35,680 bases of DNA from Raillietiella orientalis. Lineage: Eukaryota. A program made the position numbers and the translations under genes. Location of the stretch: the NCBI GenBank assembly GCA_036172245.1, contig JAYWIR010000047.1:1302001-1337680 (forward strand), in the 5' to 3' direction. Of this stretch, positions 22,231-33,416 are shown piece by piece; the first letter of the stretch is position 1, and the number at the start of each line of letters is the position of its first letter. The notes beneath the pieces are model-generated. The model was given only the letters and a program-made list of their open reading frames with translations, made no database searches and was not told the origin of the DNA.

Positions 22231-25200
22231 AATCCGCTCAATCCTCCTAGGCGGAAATGACCGCCCTCCTCTGCAAGACCCAACGGACAAAAAATCGAAC
22301 ACGAACCACCCGCTGCAGCCTCTCGAAAATGCGCCTCCTTCCTGCTTTGCGCCCTTCGGCGTGTTCTTCGCACTCGGGATCCGGTGTGCCTGAAAATCCC
22401 GAAGGTTCTCCAAAAGAAATACACAGGCTCATTACCAACATGAATGCACGAGTTCATAAAGGAATCAACGGATCGAACCACATCAATTACGATGAACTGT
22501 AAATACACATGCCTATTACGTACATTCATATGCATTGTGAAAGATTAAAGGTACGGGTAAAAGCTACACATCGCCAAGATGCTAAAAAAATTGACACACG
22601 CGGCTATCAAAAAAGCTAATGTGCACATTCATTTAGGAATGAACACACGATTACATAATGATTAGTTTGCATTGATAGACACGGCGAAGATTAGCCGAAA
22701 AGGGAAGCGTGCACGCTTGCTGTGCTTGCAACGTGCGTAAACGTGCACGGGGATTCATACTGTGGGATTCCGAAAAATGGTGACCACCAAACAGCGTGGG
22801 AGACGTTGAAATGGAAAAGCGAACAAACGACCACGAGAAAAGAGGCGGGAAGCGTGCGTTGCCATCGTTTGCGACACGCGGTGAGCGGAAGTTCCTCGGG
22901 AAGTGACGACACCCGTTGTCGGGACTTTCATTGGTCGCGCATGAACAGCCACGTGTTCGGCCTGCGGCTATTTCCACACTCGTTTGGAGCACAGCTCGTT
23001 CTTTCGTGCAGGAACGCATCCACGTATTCCCGTTTCCTTGTTTTTTCTCATCTCATCTCAACATGTATACCCGAAAATAGCGATAGTAACGCATGTTTCA
23101 TGAATGTGAAATGAATCAATCAAACATGGCATCGTAAGCTGGAGTGTCCACCCATCTTCTTTCAAAGTGGCCTCAAAGCGGTTGCCCGAGCGAGTCCACT
23201 AAGCGTCCCAGATTGCGAGATTTGCATGGAAACGCTAACGAGTTGCTGAAAAGCAGCGACACGTCGTCAACCAAGTGTGTTGGCCGAAGAGCAGTCAACT
23301 CGCTCGTGGGGTGCTCACCTTCCGGGGTTTGCACTCGAACGGTGCAAAGTTTTCTGGAGAACCTTGAACGAGGCACTCGACGTGAAAGATGGGTTTCGAA
23401 GCCGTCTCGCCATGGCGCAGGAAAGCTTTTTCCCCTGCTGCCATCAGCGAACCAAGACCAAGGTTCGCGACGGACCAAGTTCTCTCCGCGCACCGTCCGA
23501 CGAACCGCTGCACCTTCGATCCTCGGTCTTGTACCGCCTGCAATCCGTCCAACTTGTCACTTTCGTGCGGATCGGAATGCTTCGGCCATCCCCCCCCCCC
23601 GCTGCAAGATGGTCATCTCCGCGTGCAACACGGGAAGCGCTGTTTCGTTTCTTCTTTCACCCGTCGCCGCGCAAAACCTGGCGGGCCAGCGGAAAGGCTC
23701 CGAACGGAAAAAGGCGGAAACGGCGAAATGTCTTCGGCGTGTTCGCTGTACACGAGGAGACAGGTTGCTTTCCTGGAACCATAGCAACACGCCATCCTCC
23801 TTTTCTCATATACGGAATTGCGCACACGCCCGAGCGCTCGAGTTCATCAAATCGGATGGTCGATGGAGATGCCTTGGGGATGCGGAAGTTGGAAGACGGC
23901 CATCAACCGCAATCTTGCAGCGCTCGTTCGCATCGATGGAGGTGCGTCGTTCGTACCAGCTCTTCGGGTTTCCTCCTGCTCGTGACCCGAAGTGTGGACT
24001 TGCTAGCACGAATGCGGATAGCGCCACCTGGTGAAACACGCGGTCACTTGTCCCGCGGTGCAACAGCTTCCTGTTTCCCATCTCGGGAAACGACTGATGC
24101 GCACGGGCGGCGATCTCGGAGAAACCGGCGGCCTCCGCGCCCTCTCTGCCGAAGGAAATGTCGTGGCGAGCGGCGTTGGCTCAAGACGGTGCCGACACGC
24201 TCCTGCCGCATCGAACCTCCTCCTCCCGAAAGAGAGATGCTGCGGGGTGGGAACGCTGCTGCTGCTTCGTCGCTCGGCGACCCTTCTGAAAGGGCAGCCA
24301 ATCACGAGCGCTGCGCACTCGTCCGCGCGGATTTCGTTGGGAAGTCGCTTTCAGCAGGTCAGAGATCCTCGCCTGTCAGCTGCCGCTCTGTCGCGCGTCG
24401 GATAAGAGCGCAACCGGAGATTGCACTTTTACCGGAAACGCTTGCATCCTTTGCGGCCTCTTGGACGTGCACGGCTGCGTGGTTATCCCCACGCTCTCGA
24501 TATCCAGGTAAGGGCAGGGCGCACGTTTTCGATTCGCTCGCATCTCCCTCATCGGCCGCCGTCTTTCAGGTTTTCTTCGTTTGCGGCTGCCTGCTTGCCG
24601 GGCTGCGCCGCGGCGCAAGTGAGGCCCAAGAAGCGCCATTCTTACTCCACCGGTCGGTGGAGTAGGAAGATGGGCACAAGGATCCCACGTGACTCTTTTA
24701 GGCCACGGTGCCACGCAGAGGGCAGCGACATGGATTGGACGCGACCGACACGGTGGAGAGCCTTTCGGGCGTTGCCCCTTGGGCCGGGAGGCGGAGACCC
24801 TTTGGGCGTCTCCTCTAGCAGCCGCGACACCGGGAGCGCCGACGTGGCTCGCGTGGAACACGACAGCGTGCCTTTGGGCGTGCCAGCATTGCACTTGCCG
24901 CGGGAACGCACGTATGCAACGGCGTGTTCCACGTGCTCTTGGACCGGCATGCAATGTCGCGAGGGACGGGGTGGAGGGGGGAGAGACACGGCTGCGCCAC
25001 CAGCACGCGAAGCTGACGTTTTCTCCTTACTCCCGGAGACCTTCTTCCGGCTGGCTGACCACGCACCCGAAGTTCGGGAGGACGCTGCCACCCTCTGTCC
25101 CTTGTCTCGAACCTCTGTCGGACAACGCTGCAGATGCCGAACTGCCCTCTTCCGAGGCCGAGCAGGCATTGCAGCAGCAGGGGGCGGTGGGAACCTTCTT

Positions 25201-26699
25201 TGGGTGGACCGCTGAATTTGCGGAAAGGCAAATCGCAAGATCAAAAGCACTCGGCCGTGCATGCGTTCCCCGCCGGTGTCAATCGACATGCAGAGAACCG
25301 CGGAATATGCATCCGAAGCAAGCGAAGGCTTTGCAGAGGTCAGTCCCCTCTCATCCATCAGAGAAGCCGCATGTGCATCGCTGAAGAGGGAGAAAGGGGC
25401 CTTCCAAAACACGCAATGCGCGCGTCCTCCCCTTGGTCCGGTCCAATGGATGCTGGACAGATTCAATATGTTGGATACAATATCCCGATGCGTAGTCCAC
25501 CAGTGGAGTCACGGACGGCCGACAAGAAGTCTTCAGCCCAGTTGCCTGCGGTCCGTTCACGAGATCAATGCATGCGCAGCCGGGTGTTTATCGAATACTA
25601 TTCATCATACCCAACTTTGGTATTCCTCTATTCCTTTAAAACGTGCTGATAATACATATAAATAGAAATAGACATCAACGCACAGAACGAACTTGTGCAG
25701 CTGTTTTTTTTTTTTTTTTTAATACTTTACACAAGCCAAGTCCCATGCTAGTTACTTTCGTTTCCAATGAACACAAACCTCATTCCCCTTTCACTGAGCA
25801 GCCAGCTTTGCTCAACCTAACTGGTCAACATGGCATCGAATTTCTTTCACCGCAGATGGAAGTGCCAGCATCAGTATTGAAACACTTTCTGGACAAGCGG
25901 GATGCTCAAGCAATCGAGTTTGCAATTTCTCTACTGCTGAAGGTCCACGAAACAGGTGTCAGGAGCCTGTGAGGTTTACAAAATTTGCCAGTGCATCCAC
26001 CTCCTACCACTTGCCCCACAGCAGATTCCCCACACCTCCTGTCATTTGCCTACATCTGAGAGAAATGCACACATCCCCAATGAATCCCACGCCGATTCGC
26101 ATCGGATGTGCAGCAGGTGCAACCAGAGAAACACAGGGACAAAGATGGGATTGTTTTTTTTCATGCGAGATGCATTATGCAAGTATGTTCCTCAGGAATG
26201 CACTGCCACAGCGACTTCATTTTCAATTCAATGTTGAAAGGAACATCTTCGAAATTCAGCCAGCTGGTCTGCAAATTCAGCACCTCAGTTCACGGCAACA
26301 GAAGTAAGTGGTGAATAGCACCATACATAAAGAGGTGTTAAGCATTGGTGCATTGCAGTCCACTGCGTCATCCAGAAAGCAGCAAGAATGTTCTGTGCAC
26401 AGCTTGCAAGTGCACCAACACAGGAACTGCACCCAAACGATTCAGCAGATGCTGCGTTCGTGTCGTTCGACATTGGATGAACAATAGCAGCAGCACTTTC
26501 TTTGATGATGAACCATTCCGCATTCAATAATGAGTGCATGGTACAGGACGAATCCTCCACCAAAACGTCTTGATTCCCCCCCCCCCCCAAAAAAAAAAAC
26601 CAAAAAAAAAAAAAATTAATTCCGCTGCCATTTTCTAGATTCGAGTTGTCGGCGATCTGGCGGGGGGGGGAGGGGGGAAGCGGAGGGGCGTGGACGCGG

Positions 26700-27440
26700 C
26701 CGCGACGAAGCGGAGCGAGCGCTTCCGAGATGCCGCGGCGAACCTCCTCCCATCCGACCGGGGGGCAGCTGTTCCTTTCCCGTGGCTTCGTGCCTTCACC
26801 GAAGAGCGCCCTATTGTCCGTTTGGCTGCGGAGCCCCGGCCTGGTGTTCTGGCCGATCCCTGAAGACGAGCTGTGCTGAGCGGTCCTGCCTGTCCGCGAG
26901 ACCCGTTTCTCCACCAGCTGGACGATGTGATCCCGGCTCCTTTTTGGCTGCTGCTTCCCACGTCCTGCAGCCATTTCCTTCTTCGCGGAATCCCCCTTTT
27001 GAGGATCCCTGATTGAAACTCGTAGCCTGGGGGCTCAACAAGGCCGCCGTCATCACAGGGGGGGACTTTGAGGAAGACTTGTTTTTTTCGTTCCTCCTTT
27101 CGAGAGGGGAGCAGAACGGGAGAGGGAAGGAAAGAGCTTACGAAGCTCCTTAACGCCGTCCTCGCAGCCGGAAGGTGGCTGGGTGCCAACCGTTCAAGTG
27201 ATAGGCGGTACCCCGGGAAGGGACCGCCTCATGAGCCCAGGAAGGCCGCCAGAGGAAGGAGTCCGTTCTTCCTGCTCCCGGGAGGGAACCCCGAAGGAAT
27301 CCTCCTTTTCCCTCTTATCCGCGGAGGGATCCCCCGGAAGGGTGTGATCCGTTTTAATCCTCCCAAGGGAACACGCAAGCGAAACTGTCCTCGTTACACC
27401 TCCACCGAAGAGACCCTCGAAGGGAGCAGCGCGCTTCTTA
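26700..27440 (-). mobile_element. Possible highly decayed LINE endonuclease relic
   Basis: Scattered fragments in APE order: FEGL, LGRIKTD, PGSRKNG, TWEAAAKKEP/DHIVQLVE (vs VWRTASHKPIDHVLHSAE), DRSAQLVF, GWEEVRRGI. Weak. Confidence 0.3.
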
Positions 27441-27701
27441 TCGACTCTCCGGAGAGGGCAACCCTCGAAAACAGGATCCCCCGGCTGAATCGCCATTTTC
27501 GCAGCGGGTGGGGAACCCCGGAGGGCTGCCTGATTCCCGGAAGGCCCCCGGGAGAGTCCACTACACCGATTCCTGAGGGCAGTCAACAGGGGCATCCGGA
27601 GGTTAGCGGCTTCCACCGGTACCGTCGCCTCCGAAGTTTCAGACCAATCAGCGTTATCCTGCAGGGGAGGACTCGGAACGCACGACGCATCGATTCTCGT
27701 T

Positions 27702-27764
27702 TCCCGGGCGGGATTCGAACCCGCGACGCTAAGAGGAGTGAGCCGCACGGCCGCCCACGCGGGA
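27702..27764 (-). pseudogene. tRNA-like remnant / SINE head with B box
   Basis: Minus strand has a T arm GCGGG-TTCGAAT-CCCGC and an acceptor-like TCCCGCG/CCCGGGA pairing (6/7). The D and anticodon arms are too short or unrecognisable, so it is not a functional tRNA. Confidence 0.4.
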
Positions 27765-28828
27765 GATGGTGCGTCGCGGGAATCGCGTAGGGGATCCGGG
27801 ACCATTCTCGCAGGTTCCTGGGAAGGATCTCGAAGGTCCGGCGCTGCCAAGGTCCGGCTGGTGAGCGGAGCATCTGGTCACCGAACTCTGCAGCGCTTCC
27901 TGCAGGCTGCAGCTGCACAGCCGAAGCCTCCGTGCCGTCATGGGGAGGCTTGCAAGCCACGCGCATCTACTTCGGGACGTGTCGGTCCTTCATTCGAGCC
28001 CGCCAGGTCGCCACCCCCGATGAAGCTCCAGGACTGCGAAGATCCGGTGCGAATCAACTGGCCGCTGCGGAAATGCAGGCGACCCACCGGCCGACAAAGC
28101 GAAAGGGTGCGACTGCGTCGCTACGGAGCAGAATTACGAGCTCACTCCGCCTACGCCGCGGCTCCACGAGAAGCGCAACTTGAATGTCGCAACCACATTA
28201 ACGATGAAAGAAGAAAATGATGTTAATCCACCACAATGGCATAATGTACCAACGTCAAGATGGAAACAGCATGCGGAATCGTAATTGAGACCAATCACAA
28301 CATCCAGAATCGAAAAGTTTCTTTCGAACCACGAAAAAGGCGTAACATTTGGCGGCCGACGATTCGAAAACCGTTCGAATTCCCGTTCGGCTGGATCAAA
28401 TAATTTCAGCCTCTGGCGGGGTTCCACCGAATGCAACAGGAGATCTGGGGAGGAAACCTCTGAATTGGCAACCCTGCTCTACCGATTGTCGAACCTCCCC
28501 CGTCTCCAAGGGTAACAGAACAAACTCGAGGAAACAATAAAAGAAAAGAAAATGGAAAGCATTCGATCGATGTCGTAAGGCGAGCGACACACCCTATCGC
28601 GGATGCACTACACCACCCGAAAAACGGTCGCTTTCCTTCCCGGAAGAACAGGCTGGATCGCCGTTGCCCAGAACTGGCCGCCCTGCAACCCGCAATGCTC
28701 TCTCCCACACGTCGTCTTGGAGAAGAAGCGCCAGCAAGAGGGTGAGAACAGGATCGAGGTGCTGCTTGAGACCGCGACCTCCTGAAACGACGGTAGGTGG
28801 ATCATCAACACGGAAACAACAACAAAAT

Positions 28829-28849
28829 ACACACACACACACACACACA
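28829..28849 (+). repeat. (AC)10 microsatellite
   Basis: Perfect AC run. Confidence 0.95.
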
Positions 28850-30781
28850 AGACAATTTCTTCTTTCGGGTAGGATCACGAAGAAGAAGCTTGCGTTGGAA
28901 CCGACGATCGGGATGCAACCCCGTGAGGCGCACAAGGAACGACGAAACGAGCGATGTCATTCCCCGGAGCTATGAACGGTCGCAGGGGGCGGCGAAAAGC
29001 CTGCGAGGCACGGGGCGCACTTTCCTGCTGCGTACAATGAACAGGAGGGTTCGGGGGACGCAAGCGACTCGGAAGGCAAACATTTCGGCAGGAGCAGGAA
29101 GGCTGCCCGAGCCTGCGACGTGCAGGCGCGAGTGAGGACGCACAAAACCAAAAAGAGAAGGAGCAGCGCTCAAACGAATCGGAGTTTGGTAAAGGCGCGC
29201 TTACGCACGCGAGCGCGCCGACGCTGCTGCTCAGTGCACAGCCCGCGAGTACGCTGAAGTGATCAGCAGAAGCGCGAGATGGCACTCAGCAAGCAGACGG
29301 GCGCCACGGGAACACGCCGCCGCCGAACATTCAACGGGTCCGCAATCAAGGAGCAATAGACAAAAACAGCCGCATCCCAGCTGAAGAGCAGTTGGATGCG
29401 TACGCGTTCGCCGAATGCGATGGTCCATACAGCAGACGAGACCACTCCTGGTCGACAGACACAGCATCGTCGTGAAAAAGCAGAAAGGCGGAAGAGCGAA
29501 AATCCACAGAACGTCACAAAACGAACCGCAGAAGGAAGGAACGAACCACACAACCGAACACACCACCACTACACGAATCGCGAATCGCACACCCTACGAA
29601 TCTTGAGGCTCGGGAAGACAAAAACTCGAAGGAATACCATGAAGGCAACTGATTGGAATGCCAGAACCCCAAAAAAAAGGCTCCTCGCAGGATGCGGAAG
29701 GTCTCCCCACCTTGATCCGGGCAACAAATCGACGGACACGAACCAATGCAGGGACAACCTTTTTTACGAGATGCACCGGAAAACTCTACGAAGCCATCCC
29801 GCGCCCGAAAAGTGCCAGATGAACAGCACGGACAAGAAAGAGATCGCACAAGCAGGACAGAGCGGCACTGGTCAGCAAGTGGTTGCAAAAGAAAAAGTCT
29901 TTGGGATGCAGAAATTTTCCGGAACAGGTAACAGATTCTTGGCGATCACTCTTCGACACCGGGGGCAAGTTGCAAGCCCGAGTAGGAGACAACCGAACGG
30001 AAGCAGGAAATGCTAACGAAAGCGGTGAAAAAACACCTTTCGATGGAAAGAACACACGGGATCCGCCGAACCGCAGCATTCGCCACTGAAAAATGAAGGA
30101 ATCATAACGAAGCGAGAAATTGCAGAACAAACTCGAACAGCAAGAATTCAGCCTCTTACGCGGGTCGCACCATTCATTCTTCAGCAGAGCACCCGCGGGC
30201 ACGTAATTGAGACTTGCGAAAACGAGCGCACACGCCAAACACACAGCGAACGGATGCATTCTCAACATAGATGGAAAAAAGAAGATGAAGAAGAAAAGAT
30301 GCGTCCCCAAAAAGTGCGAACATGTCAAAAAGAACCATACAGCAGAAATACAATGCGAAATTGCAGAGCGAGAACTTTGACAGATACGAAAAGAAGTGGC
30401 ACCTCACACGTTGCACAGCAACATGAACAACCGATTCGTACAGCCGATGGACATGTGTTCGATGGGGCAAACTGCAAAAGGAAATAGAAAAGGTGTAATC
30501 GGAAGAAACGCGCAGGATCAGCAGCAACCGCCGCTCCAAAACCTGCCAAAGACTCCTCACATTAAGATAAAACAAAAAGTACTTCAACACATTGGCAGAA
30601 AAGACTTAAATGAAAAAATTTTCCAGTACTACCCACATATAACACACATAAGTACGAGCACATAACGTCAAAGGATGGAGAAATATCATTCTCTACACCG
30701 TGTTTACAATCTTTCTTCCCACAGTAAATACAGAAGAGGTAACGTCGCTTCCTTTCACCCAACCTGCCCTTATGCGTAGTT

Positions 30782-31260
30782 AAAAAAAAAAAAAAAAAAA
30801 CAAGTACTCCTCTTACAGCAATTCGTTACCTTGGGCGAAAAATCACGAAGAGCATCCAAAGAAAATTCAAAAAACGGCCAAATTCAAAACACGAAACTAG
30901 CAGCATCTAGTGGAAGAAAATCAAACCACGAAATAAAAAAAATTTCAAAATAAACGAAGAAAAAAAACACATCACACGAAAAATAGACGAAACACACAAA
31001 AAAGAACAAAGAAAAAAAAAAAATCACTACACACAACAAAAATGGTAAAATAATAGAAAAAAAAATAGTTCAAGAATCAAAACAAAGAGGGAAGCATGAA
31101 GCAAATTCACAAAACCGCGAAAAATAACAAACTAACACAAAGTCAAAAACAAACTCAAATAACAAGAAAGACAAAAAAAACCAAAACAAAAAGCAAAATA
31201 AAAAAACCACTAAACAATACTCTCAAAAACACCAATTCAACAAAACCTACCACAAATAAA
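30782..31260 (+). repeat. A19 tract followed by A/C-rich low-complexity sequence
   Basis: A run at 30782-30800, then strongly A-skewed sequence up to about 65 nt before U4. Confidence 0.85.
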
Positions 31261-31324
31261 ACGCATACGTAACTACGCACAAATACTGCCCGCGGAATCC
31301 GGACCATCAAAAACTTTAATCGCC

Positions 31325-31463
31325 AGCCTTGCGCACGGGCAGTACGTAGGCGAGGAAGGCGACTGAGCCGCGATTATTGCTAGTTGAAAACTTTACCCAA
31401 TACCCCGCCAAGGCAGTGCGTAAAACCACTGCCGCGGCAATTTTTGTGTGCCCTCACAGGGCA
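31325..31463 (+). ncRNA. U4: U4 spliceosomal snRNA, full length (gene or captured copy)
   Basis: AGCCTTGCGCACGGGC (U6 stem II strand); kink-turn stem-loop GGC-GAG-GA-AG-GCGA-CT-GA-GCC; conserved GCGATTATTGCTAGTTGAAAACTTTACCCAATACCCCGCC; 3' stem-loop ggcagtg/cactgcc; Sm site AATTTTTG (31439-31446); terminal hairpin tgccct-cac-agggca. 139 nt. Confidence 0.93.
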
Positions 31464-31630
31464 AGTGCCTGCCGAAGAGTAGTGTGGAAGTGACTGTGCC
31501 ACCGAGGGAAATACCCGACAGCAGCAGCAGCGCCGAAGGACCCGAGGTGGAAGTCCTCCAAACAAGAAGTGCGGCAGCAACGGCAGCCGCAAGGAGGCAC
31601 ATCCAAGGAGTGGAGCAGCCGTCGACCCCC

Positions 31631-33400
31631 ATGGAAGAACACATGGAGGTAATATGCGGCAGTGGCGAGGAGGCAGCGGCGACGCCGAGGGTCGCGCCCG
31701 CGGCAGGCTTTGCTGCGCCGGCGGCGGCGATGCCGAGGGTCGTGCCCGCGGCGACGGCGATGGAGGTCGTGCCCGCGGCGGCGACGTCGAGGATCGCGCC
31801 CGCGGCGGGGAAGGTCGTGCCGGCGGCGGCGATGCCGAAGGTCCCGCCTACGGCGACATCGACGACGGCGACGACGAGGGTTGCGCCCGCGGTGGCGGCG
31901 GCGTCCCAGGCGGGAGCCGCGGGCGTCCACGCGGCGCACACAGGGCAAGGTGCGACGCCATCTTGCTCGGCGGCGGCGGCGAAACCGCCGTTTTCGTATG
32001 CGGCGGTGACGGCGGGGCAGGCCTCTGCCCTGCCAAACAGGAAATTCGGGAAGCCTGCGAGTGAGAACATCACTCGAACCAAAGAACCCATGGTGAAGTT
32101 GAGTCCAGCGTCCAAACCCATCACCTTTAAAACCGGGCTGGTCCGGTTTAATAACATAAGGCAGGTGTATTGTGCGCTGTATAGGACAAATGTCGACTTT
32201 GATCGATTGCAGGCGATAATCCCGAACTCAGCGGGATTCATCCTGTATACTGACTGCGAAGAGCTGCGGGAGGCCCTTATCGAAAAGGGCATCAACATTC
32301 AGGGGAAGATGGTGCAAGGCATTGGCGAAATGCCTTACACGACAGTCTTCCTAAGTGGAATTGGCATCCTCACCGAGAGAGAAGCGATATGGGACTTCCT
32401 GTCCCAATACGGAGAAGTTCTGGAAATAAAGACCCAGAACATCTCCGGAGACATCTTCTCGGGCGAGTTGATCGCCAAAATTAAATTGAAGGACGGGGCG
32501 CAGATCCCAGGCAATGTCCATATCGACGAATCGTCGCAAGACGTTTCCGTCAGATATAGGCAGCAGCCGATCTTTTGCACCGGCTGCAAAAATTTCGGGC
32601 ACCGCTTGGGCGCCTGCCCAAGGTCGCGTTGCTTCCGCTGTGGGAAGTTGGGCCATCAGGTCCGAAACTGCAGCATGCCCGAGCTTTGCTCCTTTTGCAA
32701 GCAACCAGGGCATGCGAAATGGAGTTGTCCGGAGTATGCAAACTACCGGACGATTAGAGGAGAGTCCCCGGTGAGGGAAAGGGTGCTAGCTGAGGTAATC
32801 AAACCTCAGCTAGCAAAGCAGAGGAAAACAAGAGAGGCCGCTCCGGTTTCGGCAGACGGCTTCGTGGAGGTGGGGAAGAAGGGGAAAAGTAAGATGCTCG
32901 CAAGGGAGCAACAGATTCCTCAAACCCCGGTAGTTGAAGCGGCGGTAGGCGAGAGTATGGAGGTGGCGGAGGAAACGGAGAAGGAGGAGAAGACGCCAGA
33001 ACCAGTCCCGGAGACGCAGGAGGCCCTGCAACTTTCCGAGGAGGTGGTCAAACTGGCAGAGGAGGTTCGCCAGGGCCAACCGGAGGCGGAACAGGCAAAA
33101 ATCCTGAACCGCATCTGCGAGGTCCAAGACGACGTAAACCGCATGGTTGTAGAACCAGAGCGGGAAAAGCTGGAGGACCAGCTGGGCGACCTGAAGGCGG
33201 CATTCTGTGCGACGGTCTCGCTGGAGACCCTTCCGCGCAAGGTGGTCGCCAAGGCGGAACGCTCTGTGGACGAACAGGAGTCCACTGATCACACCGGCAC
33301 CGAGAGTGATGCCGGCAGTGAAAAACCCACTTCTTCAGCAGGGAAACTGAATAAGTCTCCCCAGCAGAAGAAGCTAAGGAAGGCAAGAAAGGTGAAGTAG
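31631..33400 (+). CDS. ORF1 nucleic-acid-binding protein (Ala/Pro repeats, RRM-like domain, three CCHC knuckles, acidic/basic tail)
   Basis: CTGCKNFGHRLGAC, CFRCGKLGHQVRNC, CSFCKQPGHAKWSC. First ATG is at 31631. The frame is open from at least 31448, but that GTG lies inside U4. Confidence 0.93.
   Translation: MEEHMEVICGSGEEAAATPRVAPAAGFAAPAAAMPRVVPAATAMEVVPAAATSRIAPAAGKVVPAAAMPKVPPTATSTTATTRVAPAVAAASQAGAAGVHAAHTGQGATPSCSAAAAKPPFSYAAVTAGQASALPNRKFGKPASENITRTKEPMVKLSPASKPITFKTGLVRFNNIRQVYCALYRTNVDFDRLQAIIPNSAGFILYTDCEELREALIEKGINIQGKMVQGIGEMPYTTVFLSGIGILTEREAIWDFLSQYGEVLEIKTQNISGDIFSGELIAKIKLKDGAQIPGNVHIDESSQDVSVRYRQQPIFCTGCKNFGHRLGACPRSRCFRCGKLGHQVRNCSMPELCSFCKQPGHAKWSCPEYANYRTIRGESPVRERVLAEVIKPQLAKQRKTREAAPVSADGFVEVGKKGKSKMLAREQQIPQTPVVEAAVGESMEVAEETEKEEKTPEPVPETQEALQLSEEVVKLAEEVRQGQPEAEQAKILNRICEVQDDVNRMVVEPEREKLEDQLGDLKAAFCATVSLETLPRKVVAKAERSVDEQESTDHTGTESDAGSEKPTSSAGKLNKSPQQKKLRKARKVK
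31675..31895 (+). repeat. Degenerate ~27-bp coding minisatellite (AAxPRVxPA) in ORF1
   Basis: About seven units of gcga(c/t)gccgagggtcg(c/t)gcccgcggc and variants. Confidence 0.85.
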
Positions 33401-33416
33401 GACTCCCCCCCCTTTC

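Noticed and set aside
22380..22502. Tc1/mariner-like C-terminus (IHRLITNMNARVHKGINGSNHINY)
   Set aside because: No DDE motifs upstream and no terminal inverted repeats found.
22686..22695. gaagattagc resembles the U6 core
   Set aside because: 10-nt match; ACAGAGA box and flanks are not conserved.
24020..24033. CTCF-like motif agcgccacctggtg
   Set aside because: A single short motif in GC-rich relic DNA with no supporting context.
18976..25466. Long ORFs such as 18976-20031, 20132-21322 and 23277-24665
   Set aside because: Arg/Pro/Ala/Gly-rich, open in several overlapping frames, no domains; expected by chance at this GC content.
31280..31447. Possible 5' self-cleaving ribozyme of the LINE
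   Set aside because: No HDV, hammerhead or twister core seen; the structure is explained by U4.
31448..31630. ORF1 start at GTG 31448 as given in the track
   Set aside because: The GTG lies inside the U4 3' end; the first ATG (31631) is the more plausible eukaryotic start.
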